NCBI GenBank assembly: GCA_947600345.1
Contig: CANQGC010000001.1
Span: forward strand, 1-52,104
Direction of reading: 5' to 3'
DNA length: 52,104 bases
Source: an uncultured Clostridia bacterium
GTDB lineage: Bacteria; Bacillota; Clostridia; Christensenellales; Aristaeellaceae
Below the pieces are notes generated by a model. The model was given only the letters and a program-made list of their open reading frames with translations, did no database searches and was not told where the DNA came from. Below, in pieces: positions 1 through 9,270 of this stretch (the first letter of the stretch is position 1; each line of letters begins with the position of its first letter). Position numbers and translations under genes: made by a program.

Positions 1-39
1 GTTCCCCTCGTTTTCCCTTTTGGTTCCTCGCCTTTTGTG

Positions 40-72
40 AAAAAAAAACCGCTGACTTGGCTTTGTCAGCGG
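40..72 (-). terminator. rho-independent terminator (minus strand)
   Basis: CCGCTGAC-N8-GTCAGCGG stem (49-72), followed on the minus strand by a 9-T run (A-run 40-48 on plus). Confidence 0.6.
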
Positions 73-140
73 TCTGACCGGCGTACACGCCGCCGGTTTT
101 GATTTATATGGCTGGGCGACGATATGTCGCGGGTAAACGA

Positions 141-167
141 GAGCCGCCGCACAATGTGCGGCGGCTC
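141..167 (-). terminator. GC hairpin just downstream of uxaB stop
   Basis: GAGCCGCCGCA-N5-TGCGGCGGCTC, an 11-bp stem 40 nt after the uxaB stop. The T tail is weak. Confidence 0.4.
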
Positions 168-208
168 GGTTGGTTTTGGACTTGCTTCTTTTTTTCTTAA
201 AGGCTTTC

Positions 209-1696
209 TTACAGGCAGGCTTTGTAGGCGGCGAGGGCGCCGTCCTTGCGGATGGTCTTGAGGATTTCGACGACCTTGGCTTCGAAGCCGGGAACCTCGG
301 TGAGGTCCTGGCCCCACATGTCGGTGTTGGTCATCACGGCGTGGACCAGCGCCTCGGGGGCGTCGTCCTTGTGCGCCCAGTAGAACTCCAGCACCCAGCG
401 GTCGTCGGAAATGTTGTAGGTGTTGCCCTTCGGCCGCTTGCAGACCAGCGCCTTGTCGGTGAGCTCCTGCGGATCGTTGGAGTAGAAGGCGATCAGCGCC
501 GCCAGGCTCGTGGTCAGGCAGGCCGGGAGCTTGCCGTTGACCTGCACGTAGTCCAGGAAGGTGGGCATGTTGCGCGCGCGCCACTTGGACGTGGAGTTCA
601 GCGAGATGCTCATCAGCTCGTGGTTGACGAAGGGGTTGTTGAAGCGGTCCTGCACCGCCGCGGCGAAGTCCATCAGGTCCTTCTTGTCCAGCGGCAGCGT
701 CGGGATGACCTCCTCGTAGAGCATCTTGTTCATGTAGCCCAGAATGGTCTCGTCGTGCATGCAGTCGCGCACGATGTCGTAGCCCGCCAGGTAGGCGCCC
801 AGCACGAAGCCGGTGTGCGCGCCGTTCAGGATGCGCACCTTGCGCTTCTTGTAGGGGGTCACGTCCGGCACGACCATCACCGGCACGCCCGCGGCCTTGA
901 AGGGCAGGCGATCCTCCAGACCCGCCGGGCCCTCGATGACCCAGATGCCGAAGCACTCGCCCACGTCGGTCAGCGGATCGTCGTAGCCGTTGGCGGCGGC
1001 CAGCGTCTCGACCTCCTTGGGATCGCGGATGCGGCCGGGCACGATGCGGTCCACCAGCGTGGAGCAGAATACGTTCTCCTCGTTGACCCACTTGCGGAAG
1101 GCATCCGGCAGCTTCCAGTCGTCGATGTGCTTGTTGACGCAGCGCAGCAGTTCCTTGCCATTGTTGTCGATCAGCTCGCAGGAGAGCATCACGATGCCGG
1201 GCTTGCCGGCGGTGAAGCGCTCGTAGAGCACGCGGGTCAGCTTCGCCGGGAAGCTATTCGGCGGCACCTGGTCAAAGGCGCTGTCGGGATCGTAGACGAT
1301 GCCGGCCTCGGTGGTGTTGGAGACGATGATCTCCAGCGTGTCGCTCTTGGCGAACTCCAGCACCTTGTCCCACTCGCCGTAGGGGTTGACGCAGCGGCTG
1401 ACCGCGGAGATCACGCGCTTGTCGTCCACCTTCTGGCCCTTCTCGCTGCCGCGCAGGTAGAGGGTGTAGAGGCCCTGCTGCTTGTTGATGAGCTCGGTCA
1501 GGCCCTGGGCGATGGGCTGCACCAGCACCACCTTGCCGTTGAAGTTGGCCTTCTCGTTGGCGATGTCGAAGAAGTCGTCCACGAAGGCGCGCAGGAAGTT
1601 GCCCTCGCCGAACTGCATCACCTTTTCGGGCGCGCTCTCCAGCACGTAGCCCTTGTATCCGGATTGCTTGAGAACCTCATAATTGAGCTGAGCCAT
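209..1696 (-). CDS. uxaB: tagaturonate reductase (altronate oxidoreductase), mannitol dehydrogenase family
   Basis: 495 aa. Motifs QFGEGNFLRAFVD, SNTTEAGI, FPAKLTR..ERF, FCSTLVDRIVPG and KVRILNGAHT line up with E. coli UxaB as I recall it. AAGGAGGAA RBS precedes the ATG. Confidence 0.9.
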   Translation of the reverse strand: MAQLNYEVLKQSGYKGYVLESAPEKVMQFGEGNFLRAFVDDFFDIANEKANFNGKVVLVQPIAQGLTELINKQQGLYTLYLRGSEKGQKVDDKRVISAVSRCVNPYGEWDKVLEFAKSDTLEIIVSNTTEAGIVYDPDSAFDQVPPNSFPAKLTRVLYERFTAGKPGIVMLSCELIDNNGKELLRCVNKHIDDWKLPDAFRKWVNEENVFCSTLVDRIVPGRIRDPKEVETLAAANGYDDPLTDVGECFGIWVIEGPAGLEDRLPFKAAGVPVMVVPDVTPYKKRKVRILNGAHTGFVLGAYLAGYDIVRDCMHDETILGYMNKMLYEEVIPTLPLDKKDLMDFAAAVQDRFNNPFVNHELMSISLNSTSKWRARNMPTFLDYVQVNGKLPACLTTSLAALIAFYSNDPQELTDKALVCKRPKGNTYNISDDRWVLEFYWAHKDDAPEALVHAVMTNTDMWGQDLTEVPGFEAKVVEILKTIRKDGALAAYKACL

Positions 1697-1844
1697 GGTT
1701 TGGTTCCTCCTTTATATGTTCACCCAGGGGCTTGCTATTTTATCATTTGTTAGCATACATCAGAACCGAAAAACTGTCAATACCTTTCACAAAACACACC
1801 CCTTTTTGTGCGATTTTGGATAATTTCGAAGCTTCGTTTTTGAA

Positions 1845-1873
1845 TTGACAATTTCCCTGTATAACAGTATAAT
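1845..1873 (+). promoter_or_regulatory. sigma-A type promoter for the ADH/TRAP operon
   Basis: TTGACA (1845-1850), 17-nt spacer, TATAAT (1868-1873). Perfect consensus in an AT-rich divergent intergenic region. Confidence 0.7.
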
Positions 1874-1986
1874 TTAGTTGAATAAATATTGTGTGGAAAC
1901 TGGGGAAGGTTTCGCTTACCAGTGTTTCATTTTTTTGCAAAATCATCGGTTGGGGATCAACCGGAAGAAGAAAGGATGCGGTACCT

Positions 1987-3003
1987 ATGAAAGCCATTAC
2001 CATCGTCAAGCCCGGACTGGTGGAGATCCGGGAGATCGAAAAGCCCAGCATCGGCCCGGGTGAGGCGCTGCTCAAGCCCCTCTACGGCGGCATCTGCGGC
2101 AGCGACCTGAACTCCTTCCGCGGAACGAACGCCTACATGGCGTATCCTCGCATCCCCGGCCACGAGTTCTCCTGCGAGATCGTGGAGATCGGCGAGAACG
2201 ACCGCGGCTTTAAAGTCGGCGACATCGTCACCGCCAATCCGTACTTCAATTGCGGCAAGTGCTACTCCTGCTCCCGCGGCCTGGTGAACGCCTGCATGTC
2301 GAACCAGACCATGGGCGTGCAGCGCGAGGGCGGCTTCAGCGAGTACATGGTGATGCCCATCAGCCGCCTGATCTCCGGCAAGGGCCTGGACGCCAAGACG
2401 CTGGCGCTGATCGAGCCCTTCTGCATCGGCTACCACGGCATCCAGCGCGCCGGCGTGAAGGCGGGCGACAAGGTGCTGGTGGTCGGCGCGGGCACCATCG
2501 GCGTGCTGGCGGCCATCGCGGCCAAGTCTCGGGGCGCGAAGGTCTGGATCTGCGACGTCGCGCCGAAGAAGCTCGAGTACGCGCTGCGCTTCGGCCTGGA
2601 CGGCATCATCCTCAACGAGGGCGCCGAGGTCTTCTCCGCCGCCTGCGACGAGATCACCGAGGGCAACGGCTTCGACGTGACGGTCGAGTGCGTGGGCCTG
2701 CCCTCCACCTTCCAGAACTGCCTGGACGCCGCCTGCTTCGGCGGCCGCGTGGCGGTGGTCGGCGTCGGCAAGCACAACATCGACCTGGACTTCACGATCA
2801 TCCAGAAGAAGGAGCTTAACATCTTCGGCTCCCGCAACGCGCTGACCCGCGACTTCGAGGAGCTGATCGACGTGGTGAAGAATCAGGGCCTCAAGCTCGA
2901 CGACGTGGTCACCAACGTCTATCCCTTCGACCAGGCCGCCCAGGCCTTCGCCGACTTCGACAAGAACGCCGGAAGCATGCTCAAGGTCATGATCCAGTTC
3001 TGA
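1987..3003 (+). CDS. zinc-dependent alcohol/polyol dehydrogenase (MDR family)
   Basis: Starts MKAITIVKPG at ATG 1987; the track ORF start at 1891 is an upstream extension. Has GHEF..E catalytic motif, structural-Zn cysteines CGKCYSCSRGLVNAC and GAGTIG Rossmann motif. Confidence 0.85.
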   Translation: MKAITIVKPGLVEIREIEKPSIGPGEALLKPLYGGICGSDLNSFRGTNAYMAYPRIPGHEFSCEIVEIGENDRGFKVGDIVTANPYFNCGKCYSCSRGLVNACMSNQTMGVQREGGFSEYMVMPISRLISGKGLDAKTLALIEPFCIGYHGIQRAGVKAGDKVLVVGAGTIGVLAAIAAKSRGAKVWICDVAPKKLEYALRFGLDGIILNEGAEVFSAACDEITEGNGFDVTVECVGLPSTFQNCLDAACFGGRVAVVGVGKHNIDLDFTIIQKKELNIFGSRNALTRDFEELIDVVKNQGLKLDDVVTNVYPFDQAAQAFADFDKNAGSMLKVMIQF

Positions 3004-3063
3004 CGCACGATTGAATTCTGACCCCCGGTCAGATTCATATAAGTAATGAGGAGGTATTTTTCC

Positions 3064-4041
3064 ATGAAGAAGATCGTTGCTCTCGTAATCGCTCTGATGC
3101 TGACGCTCACCGTGGCCGCCAGCGCGGAGACCCTCCAGATCGGCTTTGAAAACTCCATCTCCGAGCCCATCGGCCAGGCGCTGGTCAAGTGGCAGGAGCT
3201 GATGGCCGAGAAGAACGTGGACCTCGAGATCGAACTGTTCCCCGACTCCCAGCTGGGCGACAAGAATGACCTGATCGATCAGATGCTGCTGGGCGAGCCC
3301 GTGATGACGCTGGCCGACGGCGCGTTCTTCGCCGACTACGGCGTGCCGGACATGGGCATCGTGTTTGGCCCCTTCCTGTTTGAAAACTGGGATCAGTGCT
3401 GGAAGCTGATCGAGTCCGACTGGTGGCAGCAGCAGTGCGACAAGCTGAACGAAATGGGCCTCAAGATGGTCGCGGCGAACTGGGCCTACGGCGCCCGCCA
3501 TACCCTGACCACCAAGCCCGTGAACACCGTGGACGATCTGGCCGGCATGTTGATCCGCGTGCCCAACAACCAGATCCAGAGCAAGGGCTTTGAGGTTCTG
3601 GGTGCAAAGCCGAGCCCGCTGCCGCTGGGCGATGTTTACACCGCGCTGCAGCAGGGCACCATCGACGGCGGCGAAAACCCGCTGTCCACGCTCTACGGCC
3701 GCAAGCACCACGAGGTCGCCAAGTACCTGATCCTGGACGGCCACGTGCTCAACTTCACCAACTGGATCTGCTCCTCCATGTGGTTCGACGGCCTGACCCC
3801 CGAGCAGCAGGATGCGCTGATCGAGACCGGCAAGGAGGCCGGCGTCTACAACAACGAGCTCCAGGCCGAGTCCGACGAGTACTACCTGAACCTGATGAAG
3901 GAAGAGGGCGTGACCGTGGTCGAGCCCACCGAAGAGGTTCTGGACGGCTTCCGCGCCAAGGCGCAGGCCTTCTACGAGCTGGGCGACACCTTCGGCTGGT
4001 CCGACGGCCTGTATGAGACCGTCAAGGCCGCGATGGAGTAA
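3064..4041 (+). CDS. TRAP transporter substrate-binding protein (DctP family)
   Basis: GAGGAGG RBS then ATG 3064. Signal peptide MKKIVALVIALMLTLTVAASA. DctP-like sequence, followed by small and large TRAP permease genes. Confidence 0.85.
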   Translation: MKKIVALVIALMLTLTVAASAETLQIGFENSISEPIGQALVKWQELMAEKNVDLEIELFPDSQLGDKNDLIDQMLLGEPVMTLADGAFFADYGVPDMGIVFGPFLFENWDQCWKLIESDWWQQQCDKLNEMGLKMVAANWAYGARHTLTTKPVNTVDDLAGMLIRVPNNQIQSKGFEVLGAKPSPLPLGDVYTALQQGTIDGGENPLSTLYGRKHHEVAKYLILDGHVLNFTNWICSSMWFDGLTPEQQDALIETGKEAGVYNNELQAESDEYYLNLMKEEGVTVVEPTEEVLDGFRAKAQAFYELGDTFGWSDGLYETVKAAME

Positions 4042-4071
4042 TTTCCACAGCGATCGAATTTACGCACACAG

Positions 4072-4100
4072 GGGGCGGGAGGGCTTCTCCCTCCCGCCCC
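4072..4100 (+). terminator. intercistronic GC hairpin (partial terminator or stabiliser) between TRAP SBP and permease genes
   Basis: 12-bp stem GGGGCGGGAGGG/CCCTCCCGCCCC with a 5-nt loop, 30 nt after the SBP stop. Only a weak T tail follows. Confidence 0.45.
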
Positions 4101-4140
4101 TTCAACTCCTTTCCCGACTTGTAGAATGAGGTGACGGCTC

Positions 4141-4668
4141 TTGAAAAAGAAGAAATGGCTGAAGATTCTGTGCAATCTGGATCTCTTCATTGCCTCCCTC
4201 GCGATGATTGTATTGACATTGGTTACAGCGGGCAGTGTGGTCATGCGCTATGTGGTCAGGAAACCCATTCTCTGGCAGGAAGAAGTACAGTCTTTCTGTC
4301 AGATTTGGATGATCTTCCTGGGCGCGAGCGTGGCCTTCCGCACCGGCAGCATCGTCGCAATCGAGATGGTTGTAGAGTCCCTTCCGGAGAAGGCGCAGAA
4401 GATCGTTGGCTACGTGGTAGACGTGATCGTGCTGTTCGTGCTGGCCTTCCTGATGATGAAGTCTCAGGCCTACATCACCCAGGTGTTCGGCAAATCCGGA
4501 CGTCTGACGCCAAATTTGCGCTTGCCATATTCGTTGGTCTACGGCATCGCGCCCTACGGCTGCGCGCTGATGATGATTTCCTATCTGCTGAGCAAGTATC
4601 TGCCCCAGTTTGTCAAGGACATCGACATTGATGTCGGCAAGCCCGAGGAGGAGGTGAGCGCGAAGTGA
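4141..4668 (+). CDS. TRAP transporter small permease (DctQ family)
   Basis: 175 aa with 4 hydrophobic helices. TTG start 6 nt after GAGGTGA. Stop overlaps the next gene's start (GTGA). Confidence 0.8.
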   Translation: MKKKKWLKILCNLDLFIASLAMIVLTLVTAGSVVMRYVVRKPILWQEEVQSFCQIWMIFLGASVAFRTGSIVAIEMVVESLPEKAQKIVGYVVDVIVLFVLAFLMMKSQAYITQVFGKSGRLTPNLRLPYSLVYGIAPYGCALMMISYLLSKYLPQFVKDIDIDVGKPEEEVSAK

Positions 4669-6134
4669 GCGGTACGCTGATCATTGGCATCGTCGCGGCC
4701 GTCGCCGCGCTGCTGCTGCTCAAGTTCCCGATGAAGCGCTCCTGGCCCGTGGCGATCGTCTGCGCGCTGGCGCTGCTGATCTCCATCAACATCGAGTGGA
4801 TCAAGCCCTACCTGGAGGTCGTGGGCACGACGCTGGGCACCAACGTGGTGCTGGGCATCGCCGCCATCATGATGCTGGTGCTTCTGTTCCTGAAGGTGCC
4901 GGTGTTCGTGGCGGTGCTGGGCGCGTCGCTGCTCTACTTCCTGTTCAACCCGGGCATCAACCAGATCATCTTCGGCCAGATGGCCGTGGGCGGCACGGAG
5001 AGCGCCTCGCTGCTGGCGATTCCGTTCTTCGTCTGCGCCGGCGTGTTCATGAACTACTCCGGCGTCACCAGCCGCATCATGGACTTCTGCTCCGCCATCA
5101 CGGGCCGCATGCCCGGCGGTCTGGCGCAGGTGAACGTGCTGCTGTCCACGCTGATGGGCGGCCTGTCCGGCTCCAACCTGGCCGACGCCGCCATGGAAGC
5201 CAAGATGCTGGTTCCCGAGATGGAGAAGCAGGGCTTCTCCAAGGAATTCTCCACCGTCGTGACCGCGGCTTCGGCCATGATCACGCCGCTGATCCCGCCG
5301 GGAATCGCGATGATCCTTTACGGCTGCATCGCGGACGTCTCCATCGGCAAGCTGTTCACCTCGGGCATCACCGTCGGCGCCACGCTGTGCGTCGCGATGA
5401 TGATCCTGGTGCACTTCGTCTCCAAGAAGCGCGGCTACGCGCCCATCCGCACGGAGAAACTCACGCTCAAGCAGTTCTGGGGCCACCTGCGCCCGGCGCT
5501 GTTGCCGCTGTGCCTGCCGATCATCATTATCGGCGGCATCCGCCTGGGCATCTTCACCGCCACCGAGGCCGGCGCGGTCGCCATAATCTACGCGGTCATT
5601 CTGGGCATCATCTACCGCGAGCTGAACTTCAAGCTCGTGCTGCAGGCCTGCAAGGAGACCGTGACCACCACGGCCGGCATCATGCTGATCGTCTCCGCCG
5701 CGAGCGTGTTCAGCTGGGTGCTGACCAAGGAGCGCATCCCGCAGCAGCTGACCGAGTTCATCGTGGCCATCTGCCCGAACAAGTACGCGTTCCTGATCGC
5801 CGTGAACATCTTCGTGCTGATCGTCGGCATGTTCATCGAGGGCAACGCCACGATGATCGTGCTGGTTCCGCTGCTGGCGCCCATCGCCGCCCAGTACGGC
5901 ATCAACGAGATCCAGTTCGCGATGATCTACATCTTCAACAACGCGATTGGCGCGCTGTCCCCGCCGATGGGCACGCTGATGTTCGTGACCTGCGGCGTCA
6001 CCGGCTGCAAGACGAAGAACTTCATCAGGGAAGCGGTTCCGTTCTACTTCCTGCTGCTGATCGTGCTGCTGCTGTTCACCTTCTGCCCACCCGTGACCAC
6101 CGCCATCGTGCGCCTGATCTACGGATCGGTCTAA
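4665..6134 (+). CDS. TRAP transporter large permease (DctM family), with N-terminal extension
   Basis: 489 aa polytopic protein. The DctM-like core begins near residue 60. GTG start overlaps the dctQ-like stop. Confidence 0.8.
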   Translation: MSGTLIIGIVAAVAALLLLKFPMKRSWPVAIVCALALLISINIEWIKPYLEVVGTTLGTNVVLGIAAIMMLVLLFLKVPVFVAVLGASLLYFLFNPGINQIIFGQMAVGGTESASLLAIPFFVCAGVFMNYSGVTSRIMDFCSAITGRMPGGLAQVNVLLSTLMGGLSGSNLADAAMEAKMLVPEMEKQGFSKEFSTVVTAASAMITPLIPPGIAMILYGCIADVSIGKLFTSGITVGATLCVAMMILVHFVSKKRGYAPIRTEKLTLKQFWGHLRPALLPLCLPIIIIGGIRLGIFTATEAGAVAIIYAVILGIIYRELNFKLVLQACKETVTTTAGIMLIVSAASVFSWVLTKERIPQQLTEFIVAICPNKYAFLIAVNIFVLIVGMFIEGNATMIVLVPLLAPIAAQYGINEIQFAMIYIFNNAIGALSPPMGTLMFVTCGVTGCKTKNFIREAVPFYFLLLIVLLLFTFCPPVTTAIVRLIYGSV

Positions 6135-6179
6135 GCTTCGCAGGAATCTTAGAATCTTGAATCACAGAACCCATAAGAA

Positions 6180-6209
6180 ACGGGACTGTTTCGATCGAAA
6201 CAGTCCCGT
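6180..6209. terminator. bidirectional terminator between convergent TRAP operons
   Basis: Perfect 30-nt palindrome ACGGGACTGTTTCGA|TCGAAACAGTCCCGT, flanked by an A-rich stretch (left) and a T-rich stretch (right). Confidence 0.7.
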
Positions 6210-6224
6210 CCATTTTCATCCGGC

Positions 6225-7520
6225 TCAGCCGCCGTAGCCCATGAAGATGCGCGGCAGGAACAGCACCACATCGGGGATGTAGGTGATGATTATCAACACC
6301 AGCAGCATCGCTCCCATGGGCAATAGAATTTCCTTGATGACGTCCTTCAGTGGCGTGTTGCTTACGCCGGAGGTGATGAACAGCAGCATGCCGAACGGCG
6401 GCGTGCACAGGCCGACCATCATGTTGAAAACGCAAACCAGGCCGAAGTGCAGCAGGTCGATGCCCAGCGCCGTGGCGATCGGGATCATCAGCGGCACGAA
6501 CACCGACTGGATGACCGACGTGTCGATGAACATGCCCAGAATCAGGATGGCGATGTTCACGATCAGCAGGAACACGTAGGGGTTGTTCGTCGTGTTCAGG
6601 ATGAAGTTGCGGATCGCCATGGAGACCTGCTCGCGGGCGGCGATGTAGTTGATGCACGCCGCGGCGCCGATCATCAGGGAACAGGTGCCCACGCCCTTGA
6701 CCGTCTCCTTCAGGATGTTCCACAGATCCTTCCAGCCCATCACGCGGTACACGAAGAAGGAAACCAGCAGCGCGTAGAAGCCCGCGACCGCGCCCGCCTC
6801 GGTGGGCGTCATGACGCCGGTGTAGATGCCCGCCAGCAGGATGATGGGGGTCAGCAGCGCCGGAATCGCCGTGAGGGTGGAGAACAGGAACTTCTTCAGG
6901 CCCATCTTCTGGGAGATGGGGTAGTTGCGCTTGTGGGCGACGAACATGATGTAGGCCATCAGCGCGATCGCCAGCAGTATGGCCGGAACCATGCCGCCCA
7001 GGAACAGCGCGCCGACGGAGGCGCCGGAGTACATGGCGTAGATGACCATCGGGATCGACGGCGGAAAGATCGGGCCGATGACCGCGGAGGCCGCGGTGAT
7101 GGCGCAGGAGAAGCCCGCGTCGTAGCCCTCGTTCTTCATGGATTCGATCTCCATCTTGCCCAGGCCGGAGGCATCCGCGATGGCGGAGCCGGTCATGCCG
7201 GCGAACACCAGGGAAGCCAGCACGTTCACGTGGCCCAGGCCGCCCTTGAAGCGTCCCACGAAGCCCAGCGCGAAGTCGAAGATCTTATCTGTGATCTTGC
7301 CGGAGTTCATCACGTTCGCGGCGAATATGAACAGCGGCACGGCGATGATCGTGTAGTTGGTGTAGAAGGTGGTCAGCGTCTGCTGGCCCACGGTCTCGAT
7401 GCCGCTTCCGCGGAAGATGAAGTAGAAGCAGCAGGCGGTCATCAGGCCCAGCGGGATGGGCATGCGCAGCACGAAGATCAGCACGAATACGATCAGAAAT
7501 ACAATCAGCGGAAGGCTCAC
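6225..7520 (-). CDS. TRAP transporter large permease (DctM family)
   Basis: 431 aa polytopic protein. GTG start overlaps the stop of the upstream small permease (GTGA). Confidence 0.85.
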   Translation of the reverse strand: MSLPLIVFLIVFVLIFVLRMPIPLGLMTACCFYFIFRGSGIETVGQQTLTTFYTNYTIIAVPLFIFAANVMNSGKITDKIFDFALGFVGRFKGGLGHVNVLASLVFAGMTGSAIADASGLGKMEIESMKNEGYDAGFSCAITAASAVIGPIFPPSIPMVIYAMYSGASVGALFLGGMVPAILLAIALMAYIMFVAHKRNYPISQKMGLKKFLFSTLTAIPALLTPIILLAGIYTGVMTPTEAGAVAGFYALLVSFFVYRVMGWKDLWNILKETVKGVGTCSLMIGAAACINYIAAREQVSMAIRNFILNTTNNPYVFLLIVNIAILILGMFIDTSVIQSVFVPLMIPIATALGIDLLHFGLVCVFNMMVGLCTPPFGMLLFITSGVSNTPLKDVIKEILLPMGAMLLVLIIITYIPDVVLFLPRIFMGYGG

Positions 7521-8095
7521 AGCATGCTGCCCCCTTCCTTGGAGGCCTCGATGGCCTGCTCGACCTCACTGGCGTTGAGAGACATATACTTCTTGCGATC
7601 CTCGTCGGAGGCGAGGCCGGTCCAAACCTTGAAGTCCAGGATCATGTCGCGAAGCATGTACAGTATCGTGAGCGCCAGGAACACGATGTAGGGGAAGTAG
7701 ACGATGTTCAGGCCGATCTTGAGCATGCTCGTCTTCTGCATCTTCATCATCAGAACGAACTTCAGGCTCGGCACGAACGCCCAGGTGAACGCCACGCAGA
7801 TCAGCAGGCTTCCCAGGAAGGTGCAGAAGGCGCGGCCGCGGATGGGCATCTTGTCGGTGATCAGGGTAAAGGTCACGTGGCCGTGATCGCGCTGAGCGTA
7901 GCACGCGCCCAGAATGACCAGCCACAGGTAGCACGACACCGTCACCTCATACGCCCAGGCCAGCGGCTGGCGCACGACGTAGCGGAAGAAGATTTGCAGC
8001 ACAAACGTCACGAACATGATCACAAAGGTCGCAACAGGGATGTAAATCTCCACGATGTCGCGCAGTATGTCGCGCGTCTTAATCAGTGAATTCAT
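7517..8095 (-). CDS. TRAP transporter small permease (DctQ family)
   Basis: Start taken at MNSLIK (ATG 8095), preceded by GGGGGGAA. The track start at 8110 is a TTG five codons upstream. Four TM helices. Confidence 0.8.
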   Translation of the reverse strand: MNSLIKTRDILRDIVEIYIPVATFVIMFVTFVLQIFFRYVVRQPLAWAYEVTVSCYLWLVILGACYAQRDHGHVTFTLITDKMPIRGRAFCTFLGSLLICVAFTWAFVPSLKFVLMMKMQKTSMLKIGLNIVYFPYIVFLALTILYMLRDMILDFKVWTGLASDEDRKKYMSLNASEVEQAIEASKEGGSML

Positions 8096-8164
8096 ACGAT
8101 TTCCCCCCAATTGTGGCCGGGTGCGGCCGCTCCCAGGATCAGCCGCTCCCCATGGATTCGATTT

Positions 8165-8190
8165 GGGGCCGCCGCGGATGCAGCGGCCCC
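8165..8190 (-). terminator. intercistronic GC hairpin between TRAP SBP and small permease
   Basis: GGGGCCGC-N10-GCGGCCCC, 28 nt after the SBP stop. No U tract. Mirrors the hairpin at 4072-4100 in the other TRAP operon. Confidence 0.35.
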
Positions 8191-8217
8191 CTGCCCTTCA
8201 GTTCAGTCGGATGGCGA

Positions 8218-9216
8218 TCAGCCCATCGAGCGGATCTCCTCGAGCAGATCGAGGTCCCAGGCCTCGGAGGAGGGATCGTTCAGGTAGTAGTCGAGCACGT
8301 GGTCGGCAAAGGCCTGCTTGTCGGCCTCGTAGACGCTCAGGCCCTGATCCTTGAAGAACTGGACCAGCTCGGCCTCGCGGCCCAGGTTGGTCTCGTCGCA
8401 GAACTTGCGGCCGGCCTCGACGCCGTCCATGATGATCTTCTGCTGGGCCTCGGTCAGGCCGTTCCAGACGTTGAGGTTAATGCAGGGCCACACGGAGTCG
8501 ACCAGGTGGTCGGTCAGCGTGATGGACTTCTGAACCTCGTAGAACTTCGCGCTCTCCACGGAGGGCAGCGGGTTGTCCTGGCCGTCGACGGTGCCGGTCT
8601 GCAGCGCCAGATACAGCTCGGAGAAGGAGATCGGGGTCGGGTTCGCGCCCAGGGCCTTGCCCAGCAGCAGCCAGGCGTCGGAGTTGGGCATGCGCAGGTT
8701 CACGCCGGCCAGATCCTCGGGCGTGGTGATCGGGCGATCCTCGCCCAGCGAGATCTCGCGGGAGCCCAGGTACCAGGCGCCCAGCGGCAGCACGCCCTGC
8801 TCCTCAGCGATGCGCTCAAAGGCAGCCTTGCCGATGTCGCCGTTGAGGACCTTGGTCATGTGGTCGTAGCTGGTGAACACGTAGCCGGCCGCGAACAGGC
8901 CCGCCCACGGGGAGCCCGCGGCGATCCAGCTGGCGGAGATCAGGGACATCTGCGCCTCGGTGCCCATGGCGACCGCGGACACTTCCATCTCCTGCGGGAA
9001 CAGCACGGCGTCGGTGTAGACCTCCACCTGGATGTTGCCGCCGGAAGCTTCCTCGACGTACTTCTCAAACTCCATCATGGCCTGTGCGTGGGTATCGGTG
9101 GACACCGCGGTCAGGGTGACGGCGAGGGTGACCGGATCGCCGAGGTCCTCGGCGCAGGCGCCCACGAGGGACAGGCCCAGCATCAGGGCCAGAACCAGAG
9201 CAAGAATCTTTTTCAT
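8218..9216 (-). CDS. TRAP transporter substrate-binding protein (DctP family), probable lipoprotein
   Basis: AGGAGG RBS then MKKILALVLALMLGLSLVGAC (lipobox-like LVGAC). DctP-family sequence. Confidence 0.85.
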   Translation of the reverse strand: MKKILALVLALMLGLSLVGACAEDLGDPVTLAVTLTAVSTDTHAQAMMEFEKYVEEASGGNIQVEVYTDAVLFPQEMEVSAVAMGTEAQMSLISASWIAAGSPWAGLFAAGYVFTSYDHMTKVLNGDIGKAAFERIAEEQGVLPLGAWYLGSREISLGEDRPITTPEDLAGVNLRMPNSDAWLLLGKALGANPTPISFSELYLALQTGTVDGQDNPLPSVESAKFYEVQKSITLTDHLVDSVWPCINLNVWNGLTEAQQKIIMDGVEAGRKFCDETNLGREAELVQFFKDQGLSVYEADKQAFADHVLDYYLNDPSSEAWDLDLLEEIRSMG

Positions 9217-9270
9217 TGGGTAATCCTCCTTTTTTGAATTCTCCAAGCGAACCCTTGGGCCCGCACAGAT

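Noticed and set aside
170-1753. 527-aa plus-strand ORF covering the whole uxaB locus
   Set aside because: It is antisense to a gene with clear UxaB motifs. The protein is a low-complexity run of G/V/A/L/H/D/Q typical of shadow ORFs in GC-rich DNA, and it has no RBS.
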